Source: Moniliella sp. 'wahieum' (lineage: Eukaryota). From it: a stretch of DNA of 64,000 nt. This document shows, piece by piece, positions 35,785-49,108 of this stretch (its first letter is position 1; every line of letters starts with the position of its first letter). The stretch spans positions 1 to 64,000 of the forward strand of contig RSEE01000002.1 in the NCBI GenBank assembly GCA_003971905.1, read 5' to 3'. Position numbers and translations under genes: made by a program. The notes beneath the pieces are model-generated. The model had not been told where the DNA came from and did no database searches. It worked only from the letters and a program-made list of their open reading frames with translations.

Positions 35785-37891
35785 GGTGCAGGGTGGGAGA
35801 TGTGGATGAGCGGATGGGGGCAGATGGGGATGGCATGCTGTGGCGGGGCTGGAGGCTGGGCCCTGATGGGGGGGCCTGTTCCGGCAGGATTGCGACAACG
35901 TCTGGGATGCCACAGCGCCGTGATGTGGGCGCAACAGAATGCACAAGAGAGTGTTGGCGTCGATGGTGGCGGCGAGTGGGAGGGTGACGGTGAGGATGGC
36001 GTGAGGACGACGCTGAAGGCGATGGCGATGGCGATGGCTGGGGCGATGGCTGGGGCGATGGCGGTGTGGCGCGTGGCTGCGGCCCACGGGAGGAGAGGAT
36101 GTGCCGCGGCTGCGGACCCAGAAAACGTCTTGAATCGGAAAAGCCACCTGATAAGTGCCAGGTACCGATAGCTGCTAAGCCCCCCGCGCCTGCCGCGCCA
36201 CTCATCACGTACTCGTCCCCGGCATTTCAAAATTGCACTCAGCGACAGAATGGCCTGCGGCAGCACTCGCATTTTAATCCCCCCACCTCCCACCGGCCCA
36301 TCCGCCCCTCACGCGCGCGCAAACCCCATGCGTGCTCACACCAAGCATCCCCCCGGGCCCCCACCCTGGCAAGTCGCCACACATGCATTCGGCGCGCGCG
36401 TTTTCGCGACTACATATGTAGTTTTTTTCCGCCCTCAGAAGGCCGTGCGAGACCCCGCGGGGTGCTGCGACACTCGCAGCCACTGGTGAGAGGGTAAATC
36501 ACCTCGTCGTCCTGGGTATGTGGCTCCTTTTGGAGAACTGGATGTCTCTTGCATCCAAAGAAATGGCTGGACAATAGAAGCACATGCCAGCCCCCAGTCG
36601 AGCCAGTAGCACAATGCCCACAACCGAACTCTGTGTTGGGTGTCCTACAAGGAATGGACCGATTCCTGGGCCAGATGAGCTCCCGCTATTGAGCCTGGAC
36701 CGGGTAATACCCCCAAAATGCTGCCTAACCGCCAGCGTGGGGCTTTCGCTCATCCCAGGGCGTGCCTATCAGGCCCGGCATCGCTTCATCATCCCTGCCA
36801 CCGCTTGACATACACCGTTCGTATTCGGGTCTGAAGACGGGTCCTGGAGCAGGGATACCAGGAGGTCTAGCTGAAGCCATAAGATGTCTGGTAGCGTGGC
36901 GAAGCCTCGCACGCAGCTCTCAGCTCTGTATGGGGGCATCGGTATGGCCTCCCCTTCGAACTGCGTTTTCTTCTCACTGTTGTGAAAAATGGGACGTCTG
37001 CTCTCGTCCCGCAGGGGGCATCGAGGCCATCATGCATGCCTGGCCATTTTTCTTTGAAGCCAACTGCGACCGGCGAACCATATGAGTCCATTGCTTGAGA
37101 TGCGTGCGAACGAGCTGAGACACTGAAGATCCTATCCAACCAACCATATGAGCACGCCTAACCACATCGACCACCATCCCAATGTCTACTGCGGTACTGC
37201 GTGCACTCGGTTGTTGAACTAACTCCGACTACTAACACTGACCTTGAGCCAAAACATCCCCTCCATCACGTCTCCTCGCACCGGCCTTGGCGAGGACGAC
37301 GCTCGTCTAGATAGTGCACATCGGCCAGGTAACTACGCATATGTGGGTGAAGTGGTGGAATGCACTGAGTTGGTAATGATAGGGGCTCGCTCACGTGAGC
37401 CGCGTGAGCTGGCGGCCAAAGACGGGCTACTCTGCCGGGCCCACTTTGTTTGGTTCCACCTTTATAGCCTGGAAGCGGAAGGTTGATCACGATCGCTATG
37501 TAGACAGAGTAAGTAGGGAGACTCATCGATCACTCCTCCTGGGAATCTTCCTAGCTCTCACGTTTGCCTTTGGGGCTTGCGCTTCCCTTGGTCTCTACCC
37601 CACTGCACGTCCTGCCACATGTACCTTCCACCAACCGAGTTGCACCATGCTCGTTGAATCCTTGTTTGGCAAGGGGTAGCGCCATATGCTGGGTGCGATT
37701 AACGCTGACGAACAGTTCCATCTGGCTCGGTTGGGGATCACCTGCCTTTCACAAGTCATTGGGCAAACCTATCTTGGTTCTTCCTCTCAAGAGGGTGCGG
37801 TGCACACCTGACCTAGTAGCAAGGGGATCGATCCGCCCAGGCAAGCAAAGAATGGTAATAGTACATGGATGACAATGCGCGCCCAACGACT

Positions 37892-38539
37892 TTAGTCGAG
37901 GTCCATCGACCTGTTCAAAACAAACATGCCGAGTCAGTATCGTATGGCAAACAAACAATGGCCCAACTAAAACTGGTGGGAAAAAGTGGGGGGGGGGGGG
38001 GTGATGATACGCACATTTTGGTGCCAGAGCCCGCTTGGAGCGCCGAGTTGGCAGCGCGGGCATTGCGGGCCTTGATTTTGATCTGTTCCAACTCGGGACG
38101 CAGCGCCTTCTCCTTGGCGAGCATGTCGCGAACGTGGGAGTGGCGGGCAACGGCGAGACGGTCGCGGTTGAGCTTGCCCTTCTTGTTGGCGCCGGCGGCG
38201 GCCATGCGGGCACGGAAGAAGGCCTTCTCGCGACGGGCCTTGATCTGGGCAATGCGGCCCATGGCCTGGAGGGTGGCGGCGTAGAGCTCGCGGTTGTAGC
38301 GCACGGGCACGTTCCTCCGCTTCTCAAACTCGAGCGTGGCATCGACGGTCATCTCCTTGCCGGCGGCCTTGCGGAAAGCCTTGGTCCAGCGCACCTTGCG
38401 CGGGTTGCGCTTCAGCTTGAAGTTGTGTGGCACTTGGAGCGGCAGAAGGCGAACACCTTGGCGTCGTTGCGCACAAAGGTGACGCCGTGGCCCGGGTAGA
38501 CGGGGTGGGAGCAGAAGTAGCAGTGCTGGCGCGCACCAT
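37892..38539 (-). CDS. RLP24: Ribosome biogenesis protein Rlp24 (L24e family); intron 37911-38014
   Basis: [88 protein letters not shown] intron before the final SMDLD*. Confidence 0.93.
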
Positions 38540-39043
38540 GACGGGGGCCGGGACGACGAGAAAGAGGTGGTGGGAGACGGGGCGGGTGGGGGCGGGGGCG
38601 GCAGCTGTCTGCGTCGGCGGCAGATGGCCTGGGGTTTTCTCCTGAAGAAAAAAAAAAGAGGAGCAGCGGCGTACGTAAGCGGCGCGGAAACTGAAATTGC
38701 AGCCGCTGGGGCAACCGCAACGCAAGCGGGTGCGGGGTAGCAAGCTGGGGCGCCAACCCTACCAGCTGAGGCGGCGCGGTTCCGGCTAGCAGGACCCAGT
38801 CGGTGCAAGTGGCCAGAGGAGGCCGACCCCCGAGGCGGTGCGGCGGGCGGGGGTTGGCGTGTTGGCAGCGCTGATTGACGCTCCAGCGCTTCCCGAGGCT
38901 CAGCGCAGGGTGCACTGCGGTCGCACCACTCGGGCCATGCAGACATGCGTGCGGCTGGCTTGGTGCGGTGTTATATCTCGTGCCACCACCGCTTCCCCAC
39001 TCGTGCCCCACCATCCCCACTCGCCCCCACCCCACCCACCCCC

Positions 39044-40867
39044 ATGCCGTCGCTATCCACCTGACCGAAGACTTTGGCGATGCCGTGTTGATTGTCGGTG
39101 GCGGCCTGGCCGGGCTGGCGGCTGCACTGGAGCTCACCAAGGCCGGGGAGCAAGTGGTGATTGTTGACCAGGAGCCCGAGGCGAGTCTGGGCGGGCAAGC
39201 ATTTTGGTCGTACGGCGGCATCTTCTTTATCGATTCGCCGCAGCAGCGCTGGATGGGCATCAAGGACTCCTACGAGCTCGCCCGGCGCGACTGGTTCAAC
39301 TCGGCGCAGTTTGACCGTGCCGAGACGGAGGACAAGTGGGCGATCGAATGGGCGGAAGCGTACCTGCGCTTTGCTGCCGATCGCGACACGGGCATTTACA
39401 AGTACCTCGCTGACCTCGGTCTGGGCATCATGCCCTTGGTCGGCTGGGCCGAGCGCGGCGCCGGGTCCGCCTCGGGCCATGGCAATTCCGTCCCACGGTT
39501 CCACATTACCTGGGGGACCGGGCCTGGCCTGGTCGAAATTTTCACCCGGCCCGTGCGAGCGGCCGCAGCCAAGGGGCTGGTCAAGTTCCTGTTTCGGCAC
39601 AAGGTGGAGCAGCTCACCATGTCGTCCGATGGCAAGAGCGTGATTGGTGCTACGGGCACCATTCTCGAGCCGTCCGATGCGGTTCGTGGCAACAAATCCT
39701 CCCGCATCTCGTCGGGACAGACGTTTTCCTACAAAGCTAGGGCGACCATTGTGGCCACGGGTGGGATTGGGGGAAACCCCGAACTGATTCGGCAGTTGTG
39801 GCCTACCAAAATCCTGGGAAAGTGTCCTGATCACTTTGTCCTTGGTGTTCCCAATCATGTGGATGGCTCGGGCTTGGCCCTGGGCCAGAATGCCGGGGGT
39901 GCGATTGTGAACCCTGATCGGCTTTGGTTCTACACGGAGGTACGTTACTACTACTCTACTACCTGATTGTAGGCTTGCTGGTGCGCTAGGACTGACCCAT
40001 TCGACCATTTCCTTCCTTGATCAGGGGGTTCAAAACTGGAACTCGATTTGGCCGGAGCACGGGATTCGGATCATTGCTGGCCCCTCGTCCTTTTGGCTCG
40101 ATGCCGAGGGCGAGCGCTTGCCTGCGCCGCTGTACCCCGGCTGCGACACGATTGCCACGTTCAAACATATTTTGGCCACGGGGTATGACTATACTTGGCT
40201 GATTATGGACAGCAAGATTCTGAAGAAGGAGATGGCTTTGTCGGGCAGCGAGCAAAACCTTGATATTACCAACAAGTCCATCTGGGGGCTGATTGATCGG
40301 TTGCGCTACGGTTCCAAGGGCGTTCGCGACTTTGTTGAGCATGGGGTGGATTGGATTCTGCGCGACACACTGGAAGAACTGGTGGAAGGCATGAACGAGT
40401 TGACGGCCAAGGACAAGGACCGCAAGCACCCGTCGCAGCCGCTGGATGTCAAGCGGATTTACGACCAGCTGCATGACCGGGACATTGAGACGGAAAATGC
40501 GTTTAGCAAGGATCCGCAGCTGGCGCTGATCAGTCAGGCGCGGCAGTGCCGCTCTGAGCGTCTGTTCCGCGTTACCCCGCCGCACAAAGTGCTGGACCCG
40601 GAGAATGGGCCGCTGCTGGCGATTCGTCTGTCGCTGTTGACGCGCAAGACGCTGGGCGGCCTGCAGACCAATCTGGATTCGCAGGTGCTGCAGGGCGACC
40701 ACGAGACGCCTGTGGCGGGCTTGTACGCGGCGGGCGAAGTGTGTGGGTTTGGTGGCGGAGGCATGATGGGGCACAATGCGCTCGAGGGCACGTTTGTGAC
40801 GGGCTGCATCTTTGGCATGCGCGCCGGGCTCGCGTTGGTGCGTTCCCCCGCCGCCCCAAAGCCGTAA
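39044..40867 (+). CDS. FAD-binding dehydrogenase (KsdD/fumarate-reductase flavoprotein-like, PRK12834-type); intron 39940-40024
   Basis: [87 protein letters not shown]. Confidence 0.9.
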
Positions 40868-41731
40868 TCGGCGTAGCGAGGTGGATGTACGACGGGTTTA
40901 TTCAAGCAATATATTAGTTGCCAACTCGGGTCATGGAGGAGGGCAACTGCAGTACGCAGTGGACAGTTACATGATTGTTGTCGTCGCATCGGAGGGCGGT
41001 AGAACTCAAATCTCAGAAGAGATGACATGGTCATGGACACCTGTGGGAGGCAAACAAGGCAGGGGACACAACGGTACTAGGGATGCAATCAGGAGAAAGG
41101 CAGCCCGGAGGCGCCACAGGCAGGGGTGGAACAGAGGCGGAACGGGGCCCCCTCGCACATCCTCTCCCCGAAAGAAGGGGGGGCAGAGGGGCGAAAGAAA
41201 AAGGAGAAAGGAAAAGAGAGAACGAAAGGAAACAGTGCGAAAAAGGAACGGAAAAGGGAGGGAAAGTCAACAGGGAGGAAAACGGCAGAGAGCACATTAA
41301 AGCAAGCAAGGAAGCGGAGGAAGCAAAGCCGCGCGGCTCCAACGCCCCAGCAGACCATGGAGGAGGCGAGCAAGGCGAAGGGGCACGCACTGAAAAAAAA
41401 AAATGCTGATGCAGCACGCGCTGATGCATCCCATCTTGAGTAGTCAGCTAGTCAGCGATACTTTGGCTGTCTGGTCCTCACCCCACACTGCCCTTGTGCC
41501 GCACGCCGTGCTTTCGCGCTCGTCCACCGCCCCGCCGCCCGTTCGCCTGTTGCTTCGCGTCGCCGTCAACCGTCAACCGTCAACAGACAGACATGTTCGG
41601 TCCGCTTCGCCTCGCCCCGGCGCTGCCTTCTTATATAACGGTTAACGCATAACGGATACCTCTGCCCTTCTTTTGGTCGGCGCTTCTCAGCATCGTATCC
41701 TCTCTTCCGCCCACCACCCTAAGTCTGTGCC

Positions 41732-43916
41732 ATGCTTGCCCAGACACTTTGTCGCGCTGCGCTGCCCTCTGCTCGGTCCCTGGTCGCTCGCTCGGGCGGT
41801 GTGGTGGCTGCAGCTGCTGCGCCGCTGAGTGCCGCGCGGTTGGGCGCGGTACGCTTCAACTCGACCGGCAGCAAAGTCAACGGTCCTGTTATTGGGATCG
41901 ATCTTGGCAGTACGTATCTCATCCGCCTCAAGTCCTTCCTCCCTCTGCACCAACGGATGGGGGGTTTGGCCCCACTGCGGTTGCGTGCTGGGATTGGATT
42001 AGATTGGATTGGGTCCGATCCGATGGATCACGATGGTCGCTGACCGTGTCGTTCTCGCTTTCTGTCTGTCTGTTTTCGCAGCGACCAACTCGTGTGTGTC
42101 CATCATGGAGGGACAACAGGCGCGTGTGATTGAGAATGACGAGGGGGGGCGTACGACGCCGTCGGTAGTGGCCTTTAGCAAGAACGAGGAGCGTCTGGTC
42201 GGTGTGCCAGCGAAGCGGCAGGCAGTGGTCAACCCGGAGGGCACGCTGTTTGCGACCAAGCGTCTGATTGGGCGCAAGTTCAAGGATACCGAGGTGCAAA
42301 AGGACATGCAGCATGTGCCGTACCAGATCACGTCGCACACCAATGGTGATGCGTGGCTGTCCGTGCGTGGCCAGACGTACTCGCCACAGCAAATTGGTGC
42401 GTTTATCGTAGCCAAGCTGAAGGATACGGCGGCGGGCTACCTGGGGAGGGCGGTGAAGCATGCTGTGATCACCGTTCCGGCGTACTTTAACGACTCGCAG
42501 CGCCAGGCAACCAAGGATGCCGGTACGATTGCCGGACTGGATGTGCTGCGGGTGATCAACGAGCCTACAGCGGCGGCGTTGGCGTACGGGCTGGACAAGG
42601 ACCAGGCAGCGACGATTGCCGTGTTTGACTTGGGTGGCGGGACGTTTGATGTGTCGATTCTCGAGATGCAGAACGGCGTGTTTGAAGTCAAGTCGACCAA
42701 TGGCGATACCCACCTGGGCGGGGAGGACTTTGACATTGTCCTGGTCCAGCATCTTGTGCAGCAGTTCAAGTCCGAGTCGGGCATCGACCTATCGGGTGAC
42801 CGCATGGCCATCCAGCGTATCCGTGAGGCAGCGGAGAAGGCCAAGATCGAACTCTCGTCCGCACCTTCAACGGAAATATCCCTGCCCTACATTACAGCCG
42901 ACGCTACGGGCCCCAAACACATTTCCCACAAGCTCACCCGAACCCAGCTGGAGGTGCTGGTGGGCAGGCTGGTGGAGCGCACGGTTGGAGCCGTGCAAGA
43001 AGGCGTTGGCCGATGCTGGCGCCAAGCCGACGGACATTGAGGCGGTCATCATGGTGGGTGGCATGAGCCGCATGCCCAAAGTTCTCACCACCGTCAAGGA
43101 CATTTTCAAGCGGGAGCCGAGCAAGGGCGTCAACCCCGATGAGGCAGTCGCCATTGGTGCGTCGATCCAGGGGGGCGTACTGTCGGGCCAGGTGACGGAC
43201 ATTTTGCTGCTCGACGTGACGCGCGCTGTCGCTGGGCATCAATACCCTGGGCGGCGTGTTTACTCGTCTGATCAACCGCAACACCACTATCCCGACCAAA
43301 AAGTCCCAGACCTTCTCCACCGCCGATGGCCAGACGGCAGTGGAGATCCAGGTTTACCAGGGCGAACGGGAGTTGGTCAAGGACAACAAGTTGCTCGGTA
43401 ACTTTAACCTGGGTGGTCTTCCGCCGGCACCGCGCGGTGTGCCTCAGATCGAGGTGTCGTTCGATTGACGCAGACGGCATCCTTTCCGTCGGCGCCAAGG
43501 ACAAGGCGACCAGCAAGGATGCCAACATCACGGTCGCCGCCTCCTCGGGGCTGTCCGACTCGGAGATTGAGAACATGGTGCAAGACGCGGAGAAGCACGC
43601 CGAGGCGGACAAGGCGCGCAAAGATTTGATCGAAGAGACGAACCGTGCGCAGTCGGTGTGTGCCGAGACGTCCAAGGCGGTCGGGGAGTTTGCCGACCAG
43701 CTTCCGCAGGAGGAGAAGGACAAGCTCACTGCGCTCATTCAAAAGACGGAGGAGTTGGCTGCCAAGGCGCAAAATGGCGATTCGGACCTCACCTCGGACC
43801 AGGTGCGGGAACAAATCGCGGAGACACAGCAGGCGTCGCTCGGTCTCTTCAAACAGATTTATGAAAAGCGCAACGCTGAGAGCCAAGCGAAAGAAGGTGC
43901 GGAGAAGAAGGAGTGA
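41732..43916 (+). CDS. SSC1: Mitochondrial Hsp70; intron 41910-42081
   Basis: Arg/Ala-rich presequence, VIGIDLGTTNSCV after splicing, [56 protein letters not shown]. Confidence 0.96.
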
Positions 43917-44958
43917 AACATGGCTTGACCTCTTGGCGCTGCTACCTCCTCTGATCCATTCTGTCATCTACAAGGAAAGCACATTCCTTGTCCACGTCGT
44001 TTGCTTCAACTGTTCATCCGTTTCAAGCCCACATCTGCCGTCTCCGCTGCTCTCACACCCCTCCCGCGCACGTTCATGTCCACCTGCCCCTCACGACAGG
44101 TCTACTATCCGCATTGCACTGCTTTGTTTCCATCTCTGCCATGGTATACTCGATCGGTGTAACAATAGATACATAGATACCCGGCGGAGAGGATGGGAAC
44201 GTAGTGAGCGAAGGTGAGAGAGGGTTTCTGGTGGTGTGGCATGGCATGCTAAAAGGGCAGAGAAAGAGGGGGCCGATGTGGGCTGGGACGAGGAATGAGG
44301 CTTATCAGAGGATGTTGGGACGCTGGTTTTGTTGCGGGCGTCCTCAGTGAGGAGTGCAGCACGTAGGACCCAGGAACGTAACGGAGGAGCGCCGAGCGCC
44401 AGCGCTAGGGTAGATACGGATCGAATAGCAGAGGCAGCAAGCTGGGTGCCGGTACGTAGCACTGCCAAGGCCGGGGAGACGACCCATGCTTGTCTGGCGC
44501 ATCACCTTCCCTATCGCAGAAAAAGTGAGAAGCGATGTTGGGCCGCCTTGTTGCCGCAAGCATCTCGCTTCGCTCCAGAGCACCGGAGCCTTGGCGCTTG
44601 AGCGGCACCAGATCGGCCACCAACCATGTGGAACCAGGAGAACCAACCCACTTTTCTTATCAGTCCGGGGAGAAACGTACATCAGTCAGTCGTTGTCCTC
44701 CTCCCCATGCCCGCACACTTACTTGGGTGGGGTGTTGGGCGTGAACCTCCACGTCGCCTTTACTCCTAACTTACCCAGGATTGTCCTGTTCCTCGTTATC
44801 TGTCCAGGGCAAGTGGGTCGCAATCCAGCTAGACCTATGATATCCGCCTCGCGCTAAGAGTGTACAAACCTTGAAAAACGCGTAGAATTTCCCATGTGGG
44901 CGGGAACCACGGCTGAGCGGGGTGAGCTGGACAAGCAGCGGGCACATGGGGCGGACGC

Positions 44959-45606
44959 TTAGGCGCTCTTGATGGCCGCAACGTTGGCCAGGGAGCCCTC
45001 GTCGCCGGCAGCCTCGAGCATCTGGCAAACCAAGACCAAACAACGCAAGAGCAAAGGGATTCGAGGGTCAGTAGGGGTCGATCGTTGGGACGTGCCGCGG
45101 AAGGAACAACAAAAATACATACCGAGATAAGCAGGTCGACGTACTGAGGCCATTGCCAGACGAGGTCAGTAACGGCGTGCAGGCACCAGCATCCACCGGA
45201 CGGATAAGAAACGTACCTCCTTCTGCGCCTCCTCGGTCGACTTGCCCTTGACACTGTTCCAGGCGTCCCTGATGAGATGGAAGCACCGCAGCGTCAGTGG
45301 GAGGTGAGGGGGAGGAGGAGGGGGGAGAGTGGGGCAAGGGAGCAAACGTACCACTTGGCCTTGCCAGTCAGGTCAACATGCCGGGGCGGGCGGTGTTGAC
45401 GTCGCCAATGGTGGCCTGCTTGTAGCTATACGCAGCGGGGCGCGGGAGAGCAGGAGCAGGAGCAGGGTCAGAACGCAGGAGAAGCAGGCAGCGGGGGTAC
45501 GCACAGCGAGTAGAACTGGCTGCTGCTGGGTGGTGGGCTTGACGGGGCCGTCCTTGGGGAGGCTCTGGACGGTGGCGACGGCCTTCTCGAACTGGGCGGC
45601 AGACAT
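44959..45606 (-). CDS. ACB1: Acyl-CoA-binding protein, multi-exon
   Basis: Exons MSAAQFEKAVATVQSLPKDGPVKPT..QFYSL / [25 protein letters not shown] / DAWNSVKGKSTEEAQKE / YVDLLIS / MLEAAG..KSA*, separated by GT-AG introns. Confidence 0.88.
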
Positions 45607-46479
45607 GGCAGGCAAGGGTGGGCAGAAGGAGGGGTGGGTGGTGGGAGGCAGGAAGGAAGAGCAGGAGGATGGTCGGATAGCAGCCAGGCGTGTGGGGCTA
45701 GGGTTGGTCCACTCGGCCCTCGGCCCTCGGCCATGGACATGGACCATCGACGATCGTGCTTCGCTTGGGCCGCCTGGCTTGCCGCCGCGTGGACGAGGCG
45801 CAGGGCAGCCGCCCCACACTCCCCTCGCACTCGTGCACACACTGGCGCTGTGCTGCCCGCGCGCGTGCGCTGCCTCCGTCACCCATGCCGCGCTCATGCG
45901 TCCTGGTGGGGTGCTGGCCAGTGGCCGCGTGGGGTGGCCGTGGATGGGGGATCCGGGACGCCCCGCTGGGTCCGTGCGAGCCCACGCAGCCCACCCACGC
46001 CCCCGCCAGCCTCCGGTTAGGGTTACTTCGCTCCCAGCCTCGTCGCGTGGCGGATCCAGTGCAGTGCAGACGGGGACGGGCGGCTTCAGCTTCAACTGAA
46101 GGTTCAACTGCAATTGCATTGAATTCAACCTGCAACCTCCACGGTCTTCCCATCCCAGAGCTGGTGCGCATCGACAGCGGCAGTTTGGGTTGGGGGCGTC
46201 AAGTCGCGCATCAAGGGGTCGGCGCCAACATTCCTCGTGGTATGGCCAGTGCGGGTGTGGAGTCCGGGTACGGCAAGCTCCAGGAACTGTGCTCGTGAGT
46301 AATGTGTACAAGTATTAATCCGCCCGTCTTCGGTCTCCCCAGCGGCCACAGCTTCCCACCACTCGCGCGCGGGAGTGGGGGTGGGGCACACCCTTTTGTG
46401 GGGGTTATGCAGAGCGTTTAAACCTCCGTTTTTGATTCCTCCCAAGATCGAATGATCCATGCAAGGTAGCTTTTTTGGT

Positions 46480-47530
46480 CGGGGATACTGGGGCGAGCAT
46501 CCTGATCGCTATGCAGCTAGGGCATCCGGTGGCCACGTTGCTCGTGGAATTGTCCCAAACCCAATATCATGAGAGTGGCGATGGCACAACGGGCGTGATG
46601 GCTGGCGCGTTGCTCGAGCAGACTGAAAGGTTGCTTGGCAAAGACATCTACTCCATCCGCATGGCCGATAGGTCCGACCGCAGTACATGTGGTAAGATTG
46701 CGGTGGCCGAGCAGGAGGCGGACCCAATGGGTTTAGTCGGGCAGAGAGGAGGGAATTGCTCAAGGTGGCCAAGATGTCGTAAGGCTCCAAGATTGTCAAC
46801 ATGTCGAAGTATTAGTTTGCCCAGATGGCCGTGGATGCCATTCTGTCCGTGGTCTGTCCGTGGCCGACTTTTGGTGCGAAAGGACGTGGACTTTGAGTTG
46901 ATAAGGTGGATGGCAAAGTAGGTGGGTCGTTGGAGGACGGCGTCGGTGCATGGCGTGGTGTTGGCCAAGGACTTCAGACATTCGCAAGAACGCCTCGGAA
47001 CGTACACGAGGCTCGGCTTGCGATTTTGCCCTCCCGTTTGAACCGCCGCGACCTAAGACGAAGCACAAGCTGGACATTACCACAGTGGACGAGTACCGCA
47101 AGCTGGAAACGTGTGAGCGGGAGACGTTTCTTGCTCCAAAAGAACCTGCCCGCGGTCCGGTAAGTGGGCGCGGAACAGAGATGGAGCTGGTTGCGATCAC
47201 GATGGGCGGGCTGATTGTGTCTCGGTTTGAGGATCTGTCGCCTGCCCACCAGCTGGGACGGGGCCTGGGTGGTGCGGCAGGGCTGGTGGCGAGCAGTACG
47301 CGATGCGCGCGTTCAGCCAAGCGTTGGACGGGACACCGCTTGCACTTGCGGCCAACAGTGGCCTGGGGCTCATCGAGACATCGAGAGTCTGACGGTCGCC
47401 AAGAGCAGGCAAATGCTCGAGGCCAACTCGCGGCTGAGGATTGACTGCATCATGGGCACCTCGGGCTTGCCTGCTGGCCACCCAGCTGGTCCGCACCGTG
47501 CTGAATATTGATTGACGATGTGATCCGGCA
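46480..47530 (+). pseudogene. CCT5: Decayed chaperonin CCT epsilon (TCP-1 epsilon) copy
   Basis: LLVELSQTQYHESGDGTTGV, KDVDFELI, DGKVGGSLED, FEPPRPKTKHKLDITTVDEY, MELVAITMGGLIVSRFEDLS, KSRQ..NSRLRIDC. Many substitutions at conserved sites and large deletions. Confidence 0.85.
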
Positions 47531-47834
47531 GCACGGCGTGGAGTAACCCAATCGCACTGCATCCTATTGCTCTCCTGGCTAGCCGAACCGAGCACATACC
47601 AACCCAGGTTACTCGTTCGAGCGAGGGATGGAGGTATGGATAAGTGAACTAGGAAAGTGATATTTGTTAGTTGACAGGATACTATTAGCCAGGAAACGCA
47701 CCATGGATATGCTCCTTAGAAAGGACCCTCACCTCCAGCACAACCACCCATACCTTCATGCAACTGACGGGGACGAAGGACAACCGACAAAACTAAGCCA
47801 GACCCCCTAAACGCATACGGTGCCGAAAAAAATG

Positions 47835-47921
47835 TTCCCCAACCGGAGTCGAACCCGGGTCTTCACGGAACAGCTGCTGGAGCTTGAAAGCGTGACATCA
47901 TAGCCGTTGGACCATTGAGGA
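47835..47921 (-). tRNA. tRNA-Glu(TTC) with a 16-nt intron
   Basis: Minus strand TCCTCAATGGTCCAACGGCTATGATGTCACGCTTTCA[AGCTCCAGCAGCTGTT]CCGTGAAGACCCGGGTTCGACTCCGGTTGGGGAA, then poly-T. One C appears missing from the T-stem. Confidence 0.9.
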
Positions 47922-48124
47922 CTGATACAGCAGTCGATTCCGCTGGGATCAAGTGCTGGGTAATCATCGGTGAGGGTGAAAAGAAGGAAATGCAAGGCTG
48001 ACCTGGGCTGCTCCACCCTGGCACGCGCCGGGGCTACGGCAGCGGCATAGACCCAGGCGTGGGACTTGATTCCATCCCCACCCCACCGACTGCCGCCTTC
48101 GCCTTCGCCTTCGCCTTGGCTGCC

Positions 48125-49021
48125 ATGACCGACCACCGTGCCGTTCTTCCCTCCAACGCCGAGGCCCAGGCGCACGCCGAAGCCAGCTTACATGCCTCGT
48201 CCCCGTCTCCTCCTCCGCAGCAGGCGACGCGCCCGACGGCAGCGCTCACCCCCCCTCCTCCCGCGAGGCGGAGCCAGAGGAAGAGGATAGTGACCTGGAC
48301 GACGATGCGCTTCTGGATGAGCTGGACAGTGGCGCGGGTGGGTTCAATATGGAAGCGTTCCGGGAAGCGAGGATGGCGGAGATTCGATCGGATGCGGCGC
48401 GTCGTGCGACTGAAGCGGAGCGGGACGCGCGGGCAGCGCCCGGCGGCGGGAACGCCAACTACCGCGGTCGCTACACGGAAATCAAGACGGAGAAAGAGCT
48501 GCTCCATCTCTCTTCGTCCGAACCCAACTGTATCATTCACTTTGCCCATCCGGACTTTAAGCGCTGTGCGCTGATGGACCGGCATCTCGAGGTGCGTCCC
48601 CCCCCACCCCCCCCGCCCCCTCCTTGCTCTGTTCCTGTCCCCTGTCTTGCGCGGCGGGGCTGCACATGCTAACAGCTGGCTGGCTTTGCAGCGTCTGGCG
48701 CCGCGGTACCCGACCGTGTCGTTTTTGAAGATTATGGTGGAGAATGCGCCGTTTTTGGTGGACCGGCTCAAGGTGCAGGTGTTGCCGGCCGTGTTTGGAT
48801 TTGTCAATGGCGTGTCGAGGGACAAGTTGATTGGGTTTGAAGCGTTGGGCAACAACGATGCGTTTACCACCTCGACACTGGAGATTCGGTTGCAATCGTC
48901 CGGCGTCTTGCCCAAGCCAGAGCCGAAGCCGATCTTTGGCGCGGCGGGCAACGCGGTCAACCCAGGCAAGACCATCCGCGGGCGGCAAGAAGATAGCGAT
49001 GACGATCTGGATTGGGATTAG
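48125..49021 (+). CDS. PLP1: Phosducin-like thioredoxin-fold protein (PhLP3/TXNDC9 type); intron 48592-48691
   Basis: AFREARMAEI, GRYTEIKTEKELL, CIIHFAHPDFKRCALMDRHLE, VENAPFLVDRLKVQVLP, LIGFEALGNNDAFTTSTLEIRL. Confidence 0.88.
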
Positions 49022-49108
49022 TCTAACCAACCAACCCCCGGCCTACCTCGGAATGGATTGTTGACTCGATGCTATTCGGGCACTATGGTGCATATAGGTC
49101 CCCATAAT

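Noticed and set aside
36500..37870. Possible gene between the hydrolase and RLP24
   Set aside because: Only short ORFs with no recognisable homology; cannot be supported.
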